Positions 8,886 to 17,892 of a stretch of 64,000 bases of DNA are shown here, piece after piece. Under the pieces are notes generated by a model. That model was not told where the DNA came from, ran no database searches, and saw only the letters and a list, made by a program, of their open reading frames with translations. Both the position numbers and the translations under genes were made by a program. Within the stretch, counting starts at the first letter, position 1; each line of letters starts with the position of its first letter. The stretch is from an uncultured Gemmatimonadales bacterium (GTDB lineage Bacteria; Gemmatimonadota; Gemmatimonadetes; Longimicrobiales; RSA9): NCBI GenBank assembly GCA_963741945.1, contig CAVUKA010000001.1, positions 1,216,001 to 1,280,000 of the forward strand, written 5' to 3'.

Positions 8886-10286
8886 CTACCGGTCCGCCCG
8901 TGTCAGCCGCATGAGCGCCGCTGCGCTCTCCTGCCGCTCCAGCGTCCACACGGCCTCTATCAGGCGGCGCTGGGCGTCCCGCGTCATCACGGGCTCCGCC
9001 AGCGCCGCGAACTTCTCCTCCACCTCACCATCCGTCAGCGGGTTCCGCGGATCGCCCTTCGGGTAGTCCAACTGCTTCGTCAGCTCGCGGCCATCCGTGG
9101 TCCGGACGGTCACATGCACCCGCTGCAGCGCCGGGAACACCGCCTCGATCTCCGCGTCCCCCACCACTTCCACCTTCTCCAGCTGCGCCCGGACCTCCGG
9201 GTCCATGATGCGCGCTTCCTCGAACTGCCGCGGCGTCACCTGCCGGTCCACGATGGCCGCCGCGATCACGTAGGGCAGGCTGTGGTCCGCCGTCTCCTTC
9301 GTGCGCGGATCGTACTTGCTCGCGTCCGCCAGGATGTCCGCCGCCCGGGCCAGTGACCGGATCCGGACCTTCTCGATCTCAGCCGGCTTCAGGTCGTGCT
9401 CGAGCACCACGTCCAGCACGGCCGAGATCGGCGCGTGCGTCAGCGCTTCCGTCGGGAACGCCTTCATCCCGCACCGCTCGATCCGCCAACTCTCGCCGAG
9501 CCCCTCCGTCAGCACCTCCAGCTTCCACTCGGGGCCCATCACGTGGACCAGCCCCTCCTTCCCTTCCACCACCCCCTCCGGACCCGTGTACCCACGCTCC
9601 GCCAGCAGCGCAGCCATCACCCCCGCCTGAGTCGCCATCGGGTCCGCCGTGTTCTTCATCATCGACAGCTTCCCCGCCACCACCCCGCCCACCGTGGCGT
9701 GGCTCGATCCGCTGATCCCGATCGCGTGCCGGATCTGCTCCGCGTCCAGCCCCGCCAGCCGCCCCGCCACGACCGGCGACACGAACGCCGTCAGCGTGGC
9801 ATGGTGCCAGCCCCGCTCCCGGATCCCCGGGAACGCCGCTTCGCAGAAGCGCATCTCCAGCTCGTGCCCCAGCACGATCCCCAGGATGACGTCCCGGCCC
9901 CCCAGCCCCTGCCGCTCCGCCATCGCCAGCGCCGCCGGGATCAGGTCCGACGGATGCGACGGGTCCTGCTGCCAGTAGATGTCGTTGTAGTCCATCACCC
10001 GGACCATCAGCGCGTTCGCCAGCGACGCCGACACCACGTCCATGCGACGCCCGCTCCCCACCACCGTGGCCGGCCCCTCCCCCGCCACTTCGTCCAGAAC
10101 CTGGAGCGCGATCTTCACGTCGTGCTGACCGTACCCGCCCAGCGCGCAGCCCAGCGAGTCCAGCAGGTAGCGCTTCGCCTCGTGAACGGCCCGCGGGCCC
10201 AGCTCGTCGAACGAGAGATCGGCTGCCCAGCGGGCGAGCTGCGCGCTCACGGTCCCGACGGGTGGGGAAGAAACGGTCGTCGCCAT
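8886..10286 (-). CDS. MmgE/PrpD-family dehydratase
   Basis: LLDSLGCALGG, RVMDYND, SHPSDLIP, RGWHH, KLSMMK, EGKEG, KAFPTE, KETADHSLPY, PKGDPRNP. Confidence 0.9.
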   Translation of the reverse strand: MATTVSSPPVGTVSAQLARWAADLSFDELGPRAVHEAKRYLLDSLGCALGGYGQHDVKIALQVLDEVAGEGPATVVGSGRRMDVVSASLANALMVRVMDYNDIYWQQDPSHPSDLIPAALAMAERQGLGGRDVILGIVLGHELEMRFCEAAFPGIRERGWHHATLTAFVSPVVAGRLAGLDAEQIRHAIGISGSSHATVGGVVAGKLSMMKNTADPMATQAGVMAALLAERGYTGPEGVVEGKEGLVHVMGPEWKLEVLTEGLGESWRIERCGMKAFPTEALTHAPISAVLDVVLEHDLKPAEIEKVRIRSLARAADILADASKYDPRTKETADHSLPYVIAAAIVDRQVTPRQFEEARIMDPEVRAQLEKVEVVGDAEIEAVFPALQRVHVTVRTTDGRELTKQLDYPKGDPRNPLTDGEVEEKFAALAEPVMTRDAQRRLIEAVWTLERQESAAALMRLTRADR

Positions 10287-10457
10287 GCGGCCTCCGGGGG
10301 GGTCAGGGTCGGTCCTCTCGCGAAGCTATGACACCGCCCCCCGCGGGGCTGTGGGGAATCCCTTGAAATCGTGGCGGGTGCGGGACGACGAAAACGCATG
10401 CAGGGAAGGAGGGATTCCCTTACAGACCGCTCCCCCGCCTCCCCCGCCCTGCCCCTC

Positions 10458-11024
10458 CTAGCGAAACGGCAGGTACGCCATGAAGTCGGCGTGGTGCACG
10501 ATGATCGCCTCGGTGCTCCGCTTGACGAGGTCGCCCTCGCCGGCGTGCGCGGCGATGATGTGGCACACGGCATCCGGCACGCCCGCCTCCAGGGCGAGGG
10601 CGACGCCGGTGAAGGGGTGGCGGAGCGCCCGGCCGCGAGCGCTCTGCCGGGTGTCGTCGCCTGCCTTCTCGTACTCCAGCAGCTTGCCGACATCGGCCAG
10701 GATCGCGCCGGCGATGACCGTGTCCCGGTCGATTTCGAGCGCGTGGCCCATGAAATCCGTCATCGCTCGCGCGCCATCGCGGGCGATGTGGACCACGCAC
10801 CGCTTGTGCTGCATGAACGTGGCGCGGCAGTCCTTTACCAGGAGGGTGAACGGGATCCGCTCCAGGTCGCCCGCCGTGAGCGGGCTCCGCTCCAGCGCCA
10901 GCTCCCACGTGCGTGCGACGCGCTCCCTCAGCTCGCGATCCTCGATCCACGCCAGCTCCGGCCACAGCCGCTCCACGTCCGACCGCAGCGCTTCGCCCGC
11001 CGATCCCGTCATCGTGTCCGTCAT
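10458..11024 (-). CDS. HD-superfamily protein with variant motif (LADVGK)
   Basis: QHKRCV...GAILADVGKLLEY...RHPFTG...HIIAAHAGEG...IIVHHADF follows the HD-domain motif layout. Confidence 0.8.
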   Translation of the reverse strand: MTDTMTGSAGEALRSDVERLWPELAWIEDRELRERVARTWELALERSPLTAGDLERIPFTLLVKDCRATFMQHKRCVVHIARDGARAMTDFMGHALEIDRDTVIAGAILADVGKLLEYEKAGDDTRQSARGRALRHPFTGVALALEAGVPDAVCHIIAAHAGEGDLVKRSTEAIIVHHADFMAYLPFR

Positions 11025-11150
11025 GATCCCGGTCTTCCTGTTCGTATCCGCCCGCTCCGGGGCGTCTCGTTGGCGGGGGCTCGCCGGCAGAAGGCATACA
11101 TCCCCGGCCGGCCCCGGGCAACTCGCGGGCGACGCCGAAGGGCCCCGGGG

Positions 11151-12068
11151 CTAGATGAAGAAGCGGTCCACGAGCATGAGGATCAGGAGGGCGGGCAGGT
11201 AGAGGATGGAGCCGAAGAAGAGGTGCCAGGCGCGCCGGTCGTCGCGTACCTGCCAGAGCCGGCCGCCGAGCACAACCATGGCGCCGCCCAGGACCAGTGC
11301 GCCGGCGCCATAGATCCAGTCGATGAGCCCGGTGCCGACCAGCACCATGCTGGAGACCAGAAGGAGCGCGGAGTAGAACGTGCTCTCGAGCCCGAGACGC
11401 CGCCCCTGCGGGTCCACCACGGTGAGCATGCGCATCCCGCCCCGTGCGTAGTCATCGCGGTAGACCCAGGCCAGGGCGTAGAAGTGCGGCATCTGCCAGA
11501 AGAAGACCACGCCCATGAGCGCCAGGGCGGCGAGGGTGATGGGGTGCCCGGCGGCCGTCCACCCCGCGAGAGTCGGGAGCGAGCCCGGCAGCGCGCCGAT
11601 CAGGGTGGCATGGTGGGTCCGTCGCTTGAGCGGCGTGTAGACCAGGATGTAGGTGATCAGGCTCGTCGCCACGAGCACGAGCGTCTCGAGGTTGACGAAC
11701 AGCCCGAGGTGCACCAGCCCGAGCACCGAAAGCAGGAGAGCCAGCGCCAGAGCCGTCCCCGGCGACACGCGGCCCGCCGGGAGCGGCCGCATGCGCGTCC
11801 GCTTCATGAACGCGTCCGTCTCCCGCTCCCACCACATGTTCAGCGCGTTCGCCCCCGCCGAGGCCAGCGCGGCGCCGAACACGGTGTTGAAGAGGCGCAG
11901 CAGCTCGAGGTCGCGCCCGGCCGCCATCAGGTATCCCGCCCCCGTGGTGAAAACGACGAGACGCGTGATCCCCGGCTTCGTCAGCTCGGCCAGGTCGCCG
12001 AACACGGTCCGGAAGCTCGTCGACCGCGTCCGCTCTCTACCCGTTGATGTCTCGGTGGTCGCAGGCAC
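11151..12068 (-). CDS. ctaB: Protoheme IX farnesyltransferase (heme o synthase)
   Basis: ELTKPGI, GANALN...ERETDAFMKRTRMRPLPAG, YTPLKRRT, GALPGSLP.L.GW, FFWQMPHF, YRDDY; start uncertain (GTG 12068). Confidence 0.92.
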   Translation of the reverse strand: MPATTETSTGRERTRSTSFRTVFGDLAELTKPGITRLVVFTTGAGYLMAAGRDLELLRLFNTVFGAALASAGANALNMWWERETDAFMKRTRMRPLPAGRVSPGTALALALLLSVLGLVHLGLFVNLETLVLVATSLITYILVYTPLKRRTHHATLIGALPGSLPTLAGWTAAGHPITLAALALMGVVFFWQMPHFYALAWVYRDDYARGGMRMLTVVDPQGRRLGLESTFYSALLLVSSMVLVGTGLIDWIYGAGALVLGGAMVVLGGRLWQVRDDRRAWHLFFGSILYLPALLILMLVDRFFI

Positions 12069-12129
12069 GCCGCAAAGTAACGGGATGCGGGTGCGGCCGG
12101 GAGGCCGCCCCCCGCCCTCCCGCCCCCCG

Positions 12130-13234
12130 GCGGACCTGGTACCAAATTCCAGATAGTCCTCATCTGCTATCCTCCTGCCCCGCCACCACCGGCACCTTGC
12201 CGCCATGCCACGCACCCCTCGCCCGTACCTGCCCGGCGCAGTCTTCCACGTCACCGCGCGCACCCAGGGCCACATGCCCTGGTTTACGCCGGATGTCCGC
12301 GGCGCCATGGTGGCTCGCCTGACCTCATCCCTCGCCTCCTCGGACGGTCGTCTGCTCGCATACGCCGTCATGCCGAACCACCTGCATCTCGTTCTGCAGC
12401 AGGGGGATTGGCCACTCGGCCGTGTGCTTCAGCCAGCCCTCCGCAAGATCGCGCTACTGGTCCAGAGCCGGCATGGCGTCGAGGGTCACGTGTTCGAGCG
12501 ACGGTTCCGCGCCTCCCCCTGCCTCGACCCCGACTATGCTCGCAATGCGATCGTGTACACCAACCTCAACCCCGTGCGAGCGGGGCTGACGCCGGACGCC
12601 GTGGAGTATCCGTGGACGTCCCACCAGCGCTACGCGGACGCTACACCGGCGAGCTCGACAGCCGTCGACTGCCTCGCCGGACTGCGCCTGTTCGCGGCGT
12701 CGATTCGCGCCGGACCGCCGGCACTGCGGCGGAGCTACCTCCGGTACGTCGCATGGCGCCTCGAGTGCGACGCCATCCGGGGTGCGACCGGAGCTTCGGA
12801 CCACCACCGGCCACTTCCGCCTCTTCCGCCCCTGGTCCACGCGGCCGGGCGCTGGTCCGAGGCCTACGCGCCCCTGTTCTGCTCGCCTGCCCCGGATCCG
12901 GTCCGGCCAGCGCCACGCCCCGACCTCCGCGACATCGCGCGCCGGGTGCTGGCCTCCGCGCCCGAAACCGTGGATCTCGCGCGAGTGCGCAGCCGCAGCA
13001 AGGCAACCAATGTGGTCCGGATCCGTCGGGCCATGATCATCCGCATGGATGCCGCAGGGCACAGCAGGGGAGCCATCGCACACTATGCGAGGGTGAGCGT
13101 GCAGTGCGTCTCACACGTGTTGGTTACGGAGAGGACGCGACGAGGGCGGGATCTTCACAAGGAGTACCCGCAAGCATGACGGAGACCAGCGCGGGAGGCC
13201 CCTTCTAAGAATTTGGATTCGGTACCAGGTCCGC
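12130..13234. mobile_element. Putative element made of a RAYT-type transposase gene between terminal inverted repeats
   Basis: GCGGACCTGGTACC at 12130-12143 and its exact reverse complement GGTACCAGGTCCGC at 13221-13234 enclose only the transposase gene; no target-site duplication seen. Confidence 0.65.
12205..13179 (+). CDS. Y1/HUH tyrosine transposase (RAYT-like) with C-terminal HTH extension
   Basis: FHVTAR, AYAVMPNHLHL (HUH), GHVFERRF, VYTNLNPVRAGL (catalytic Tyr), YPWTS; basic helical C-terminal tail. Confidence 0.88.
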   Translation: MPRTPRPYLPGAVFHVTARTQGHMPWFTPDVRGAMVARLTSSLASSDGRLLAYAVMPNHLHLVLQQGDWPLGRVLQPALRKIALLVQSRHGVEGHVFERRFRASPCLDPDYARNAIVYTNLNPVRAGLTPDAVEYPWTSHQRYADATPASSTAVDCLAGLRLFAASIRAGPPALRRSYLRYVAWRLECDAIRGATGASDHHRPLPPLPPLVHAAGRWSEAYAPLFCSPAPDPVRPAPRPDLRDIARRVLASAPETVDLARVRSRSKATNVVRIRRAMIIRMDAAGHSRGAIAHYARVSVQCVSHVLVTERTRRGRDLHKEYPQA

Positions 13235-13266
13235 AAAAAACCGGCGCCGAGCTGGCTCGGCGCCGG
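13235..13266 (-). terminator. Intrinsic terminator of the pnt operon
   Basis: Stem CCGGCGCCGAG-CTGG-CTCGGCGCCGG (13241-13266) followed on the minus strand by T6 (A6 at 13235-13240), just after the pntB stop. Confidence 0.8.
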
Positions 13267-13299
13267 GTCCCTGCCCTGCACCGGCACACCCCGCCGCGT

Positions 13300-14715
13300 C
13301 TACACCTTCTTCAGCTCGCTCACCAGCGCTGTCAGCACCTTCTTCGCGTCGCCGAACAGCATCCGGTTGTTGTCCTTGTAGAACAGCGGGTTGTCCGTCC
13401 CCGCGAACCCCGGATTCAGGCTCCGCTTGATGACGATGGTGTTCTTCGCGAAATCCGCGTTGATGATCGGCATCCCGTACAGCGGGCTGTCCTTGTTGGT
13501 CCGCGCGTCCGGGTTCACCACGTCGTTGGCGCCCACGATCAGCACCACGTCCGTGCGCTCCAGCTCGCTGTTGATGTCGTCCGCCTCGTACAGCTGGTCG
13601 TACGGCACATTGGCCTCCGCCAGCAGCACGTTCATGTGACCGGGCATGCGCCCCGCCACCGGGTGGATCGCGAACTTCACGCTCACACCCTTCTCGGCGA
13701 GCAGGTCCGACAGCTCCCTCGCCTGGTGCTGCGCCTGCGCCACGGCCAGCCCGTAGCCCGGGACGATCACCACGCTCTCCGAGTAGGACATGAGGACGGC
13801 GGTGTCCTCGGCGTTGATCTCCTTCACGATCTTGGGCCCACCCTCGCCCGCCGCCACGGCCGCCGTCTGCGAGCCGAAAGCGCTGAACAGCACGTTCGCC
13901 AGCGACCGGTTCATCGCGCGGCACATGATGGCGCTCAGGATGATCCCGGACGCACCCACCAGCGCGCCGGCGATGATCAGCACGTTGTTGTTCAGCACGA
14001 ACCCCGTGGCGGACGCCGCGAGGCCCGAATACGAGTTGAGCAGCGCCACCACGACCGGCATGTCCGCGCCCCCGATGGGCATCACGAACATGATGCCGAA
14101 GATCAGCGACAGCGCGGCCAGTGCGACGAACCACCCGGCGCCCGCGCCCGGCACCGCCGTCAGGTAGCCACCGATGCCCAGCGTGGTCAGGAACACCAGC
14201 AGGTTGACGAAATTGCCGCCCGGGTAGGTGAGCGCCTTCTCGAAGTGACCTTCGAGCTTCGCCCACGCCAGGAAGCTCCCCGACAGGGTCACGGCGCCGA
14301 TGAGCACCGAAAGCACGATGGTCAGGGCGACGGTGATCGTCGCGTCCGCCGTCGACGGCTTCAGGAACTCCACGGCCGCGACCAGCGCCGACGCGCCACC
14401 GCCGAAGCCGTTGAAGATGGCCACCATCTGCGGCATGGCCGTCATCTTGACCCATTTGGCCAGGAACCAGCCAATGCCGGAACCGACCGCGAGGCCGACC
14501 ACGATCCACAGCCAGTCCAGCCCGCCCTGCAGCACCTGTCCATCGACCATGGTGGCGACGATGGCCAGGAGCATACCCAGGGCGCCCAGCAGGTTGCCTC
14601 GCCGCGCCGTCTTCGGGGAGCTGAGCTGCTTCAGCCCCAGGATGAACAGGACTGACGCGACCAGGTACGCAATCTTGATGAAGACCGGCAGCGGTCCTCC
14701 AATTTGTGCCTCCAC
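13300..14715 (-). CDS. pntB: NAD(P) transhydrogenase subunit beta
   Basis: KMTAMPQMVA.FNGFGG, PIGGADMPVV.ALLNSYSG, AMNRS, VPGYGLAVAQAQ, AIHPVAGRMPGHMNVLLAEA, GANDVVNP. Confidence 0.97.
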   Translation of the reverse strand: MEAQIGGPLPVFIKIAYLVASVLFILGLKQLSSPKTARRGNLLGALGMLLAIVATMVDGQVLQGGLDWLWIVVGLAVGSGIGWFLAKWVKMTAMPQMVAIFNGFGGGASALVAAVEFLKPSTADATITVALTIVLSVLIGAVTLSGSFLAWAKLEGHFEKALTYPGGNFVNLLVFLTTLGIGGYLTAVPGAGAGWFVALAALSLIFGIMFVMPIGGADMPVVVALLNSYSGLAASATGFVLNNNVLIIAGALVGASGIILSAIMCRAMNRSLANVLFSAFGSQTAAVAAGEGGPKIVKEINAEDTAVLMSYSESVVIVPGYGLAVAQAQHQARELSDLLAEKGVSVKFAIHPVAGRMPGHMNVLLAEANVPYDQLYEADDINSELERTDVVLIVGANDVVNPDARTNKDSPLYGMPIINADFAKNTIVIKRSLNPGFAGTDNPLFYKDNNRMLFGDAKKVLTALVSELKKV

Positions 14716-14716
14716 G

Positions 14717-15019
14717 TCAGGCCTCCCGTTCTTCCTTCTTCTTGAACATCTGGAGCATGCGATCGGTCACCACGAAGCCGCCGACCACGTTGATCGTCGC
14801 CACGATGAGCGCGATCACGCCCAGGATCGTCGAAACCGTCCCCTCCGTGAGGGCCGAAAGCACCAGGATCGCGCCCACGATGGTGATCCCCGAGATCGCG
14901 TTGGACCCGGACATCAGCGGCGTGTGGAGGATCGTCGGCACTTTCGTGATGACCTCGAAGCCCACGAAGATCGCGAGCACGAGAATGTAGATCGAAAACA
15001 GCAGATCGTAGCCTTGCAT
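14717..15019 (-). CDS. pntA: NAD(P) transhydrogenase subunit alpha, membrane part
   Basis: KVPTILHTPLMSGSNAISG, NVVGGFVVTDRMLQMF; ATG 15019 with upstream GAGGAGGGGAAGG. Confidence 0.95.
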   Translation of the reverse strand: MQGYDLLFSIYILVLAIFVGFEVITKVPTILHTPLMSGSNAISGITIVGAILVLSALTEGTVSTILGVIALIVATINVVGGFVVTDRMLQMFKKKEEREA

Positions 15020-15032
15020 ATCCTTCCCCTCC

Positions 15033-16181
15033 TCAGGCGCCCGCGCCAATGGCGGCGCGCGTCCGTTCGTGCACGACCGACCCGTCGTGGGTGACGCACG
15101 ACTCCCGCGTGATCTCGTCCTCGAAGTCCAGCTTGAGCGCCTTCGTCTCCTCGTCGTAGAGGTGCTTCAGCAGCTCGTGGATGTTCTTCGAGTACATCTG
15201 GCTGGAGTTCTTCGGCAGCTCGCTCGCGGCGTCGATGATGCCGACCACCTTGACGCCGTTCTCCACCACCGTCTCGCCGGCCCGCGTGAGCTCGCAGTTG
15301 CCGCCCGACTCCGCGGCCAGGTCCACGATCACCGCGCCCGGACGCATCGCTTCCACCATGTCCCGCGTGATCAGCACCGGCGCCTTCCGCCCCGGCACCT
15401 GCGCCGTGGTGATCACCACGTCGCTCTCCGCGCAGATCTTGTGGAGCAGCTCGTGCTCCTTCTTCTGCTGGTCCTCCGTCACTTCCTTGGCGTAGCCGCC
15501 CTTCGTCTCCGCCTCTTCCAGCGTGATCCCCACGAACTGCGCGCCCAGGCTCTCCACCTGCTCGGCCGCGGCCGGGCGGATGTCGAAGCCCTTCACCCGC
15601 GCCCCCAGCCGCTTCGCCGTCGCGATCGCCTGGAGCCCGGCCACACCCGCGCCGATCACCAGCACCTTCGCCGGCGGGATCGTCCCCGCCGCCGTGGTCA
15701 GCATGGGGAAGAACACGTCCACGTCCAGCGCGCCGCGAAGCGCCGCGATGTAGCCCGCGGACGTCGCCTGGCTGGAGAGCGCGTCCATGCGCTGCGCCAC
15801 CGTGATCCGGGGCACCAGCTCCATGCTGAAGCTCGTCACTCTCGCCGCCGCCAGACCGTTCACCAGCTCGGGCGAGACCAGTGGCTGGAGGAAGGCGATC
15901 AGCGCGCCTCCGGCCTTGAGCTTCGCCACCTCGTCGACCGCTCCGGCTCCCACCGTCGGCGGCGCCACCTTCACCACAACGTCGGCAGCAAAAACGGCAG
16001 CGTCATCCGCCACCGTCGCGCCCGCATCGGCATATGCTGAGTCGGCAAAACCGGCCTCGGTCCCCGCCCCCTTCTCCACCACCACGTCCATCCCCGAGCC
16101 CACCAGCTTCGCCACTGTGTCCGGGACCAGGGCGACCCGACGCTCCCCCCGGGCCACCTCCCGTGGCACTCCTACCTTCAT
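15033..16181 (-). CDS. pntA: NAD(P) transhydrogenase subunit alpha, soluble domain I
   Basis: GERRVALVP, PRITVAQRMDALSSQ, FFPMLTTAAGT, GAGVAGLQAIATA, ITTAQVPG, DLAAESGGNC. Confidence 0.97.
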   Translation of the reverse strand: MKVGVPREVARGERRVALVPDTVAKLVGSGMDVVVEKGAGTEAGFADSAYADAGATVADDAAVFAADVVVKVAPPTVGAGAVDEVAKLKAGGALIAFLQPLVSPELVNGLAAARVTSFSMELVPRITVAQRMDALSSQATSAGYIAALRGALDVDVFFPMLTTAAGTIPPAKVLVIGAGVAGLQAIATAKRLGARVKGFDIRPAAAEQVESLGAQFVGITLEEAETKGGYAKEVTEDQQKKEHELLHKICAESDVVITTAQVPGRKAPVLITRDMVEAMRPGAVIVDLAAESGGNCELTRAGETVVENGVKVVGIIDAASELPKNSSQMYSKNIHELLKHLYDEETKALKLDFEDEITRESCVTHDGSVVHERTRAAIGAGA

Positions 16182-16377
16182 CGGCGTTCCTCCTTCGGCT
16201 TGGCCGTGTCCACCGCGTCTGGCGCTTCCACGCGGCCGCCCACAATCTAAGGCTCGCGACCTGCGAAGCCAGTCCGCCCGGCGTGGGGATTTCCCTTATT
16301 TTCATGTAGGAGAACGGATCGCGCCGCGACCGGCACCCCGGGACGCCCACACGGCCCGCCGGCCTGCCAATGGCGCG

Positions 16378-17892
16378 TCAGCGCCCGGCCAGGATCGTGA
16401 AGTCTCCGAGCGCGTGCACGTCGAACGCCGTTGTGTCGCCCACGATCAGGATGCTGAACCCGTTCGGATCGATGCGCTTGTGCAGGACGTCCGCGACGGC
16501 GGTGGAGTCCACGCCGCGGATCCCGTTCAGGTAGCGGGTGAGCCAGTCGGCGGGGAAGCCCTCGGCCAGGTAGGTGACCTGGCGCGCCACCACTTCGAGG
16601 GGGCTGCTGAAGCCGAACACGAAGCCGTTGATGATGGACTCGCGCGCCAGCTTGACTTCCTCGCTGTCGGGCGGGCTGGTCAGCGCCTGGTCGAGCGTGC
16701 CCACGAGCATGTGCAGGGCGTCGAGCGTGCTCTCGCTTTTCGTGTGGGTGATGGCGCCGAAGATGCGCTCGTGTTCACGCGCGGCGCCCCAGATCGAAGC
16801 GGCGCTGTAGGCCAGCCCCTCCTGCGTGCGCAACCGCGTCACGAGCCGACTGGTGAACCCGCTCCCGCCGATCACCCAGTTGGCGATACGGGACGCGAAG
16901 TACTCGGGCGACTCGCCGAGCAGCACGCCACCGGGCTGACCCACCACGATCGTGCTCTGGCTCAGCGCCTTCGGGATCACGTAGATGCCGGGCTCCTTCA
17001 GCAGCGCGGGCGGCGGCGGCGTCTGGAGCTCGCGCCCGCACGGACGCCAGCCCGCCAGCGCCTTCTCGAGCGCGGCGCGGATCTCTTCGCGGCTGACGTC
17101 CCCGGCCGCCCCGATGACGGCGCCCTCCGGGCAGACCGTTTGCCGGTGCATGTCCCGCAGGGTCGCCGGCGTCACCTTGGCCGGCGCCAGGTCCGCTTCC
17201 GTCATCATCCACCCGGTCGGGTGGACGCCGTACATGAGACGGTTGAACTCGAGCACGGCCAGCGAGCCGGGGAAATCGGCAATGCGACGCACCGACTCCA
17301 GCTCGCGGAGCCGCCACCGCTCCACGGCGGACGCATCGAAGCGGGGGTGGAGAAGGACGTCGCCCCAGAGCCCGAGCGTGAGGTCGAGCTGCCGTCGCAG
17401 CCCACTGACGCCGAACACCATCCGGGCGCCATCGGTGGACGTGTTCGTGCCCAGTGCGTTGAACTCGATGACTTCGTCCACCGAGTCCGGTGTCATGGAG
17501 CGCGTACCGCCGTTGCGCATCATCGGGAGGAGCGCGGCGGCCGCTGCGTAGTGGGCGCGGTCGAAGTAGACGTAGCCGCCCTTCAGGTCGATGAATACGT
17601 CCACCACCGGCAGCGTGTGGTCCTGCAGGAAGAAGACGGTCACGCCATTGGAAAGCTGGAACTTCACCGGCTGCGGCGCATCGAAACGCAGCCGGGGGAA
17701 CTGGAGCTTCTCCACCACTTCCAGCCCCACCGGCGGCCCCGGTCGGTTCAGCAGCGAATCTGCCTTGGCCCGCGCCAGCTGCTCGGGCGTCGGCGGTGAT
17801 GGCGGACCCACCGGCTCCGGCTTCCCGCGCAGCGCGCACCCGGACAGCGCGCCGACCAGCACCAGCGCGCCCACCTGCCACTGCGGCCTCAT
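16378..17892 (-). CDS. M16 (insulinase) family non-catalytic subunit, predicted lipoprotein
   Basis: Lipobox LSGC; LSNGVTVF, IGGSGFTSRL..RLR..EGLAYS; no HXXEH; coupled to the upstream M16 gene. Confidence 0.85.
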   Translation of the reverse strand: MRPQWQVGALVLVGALSGCALRGKPEPVGPPSPPTPEQLARAKADSLLNRPGPPVGLEVVEKLQFPRLRFDAPQPVKFQLSNGVTVFFLQDHTLPVVDVFIDLKGGYVYFDRAHYAAAAALLPMMRNGGTRSMTPDSVDEVIEFNALGTNTSTDGARMVFGVSGLRRQLDLTLGLWGDVLLHPRFDASAVERWRLRELESVRRIADFPGSLAVLEFNRLMYGVHPTGWMMTEADLAPAKVTPATLRDMHRQTVCPEGAVIGAAGDVSREEIRAALEKALAGWRPCGRELQTPPPPALLKEPGIYVIPKALSQSTIVVGQPGGVLLGESPEYFASRIANWVIGGSGFTSRLVTRLRTQEGLAYSAASIWGAAREHERIFGAITHTKSESTLDALHMLVGTLDQALTSPPDSEEVKLARESIINGFVFGFSSPLEVVARQVTYLAEGFPADWLTRYLNGIRGVDSTAVADVLHKRIDPNGFSILIVGDTTAFDVHALGDFTILAGR

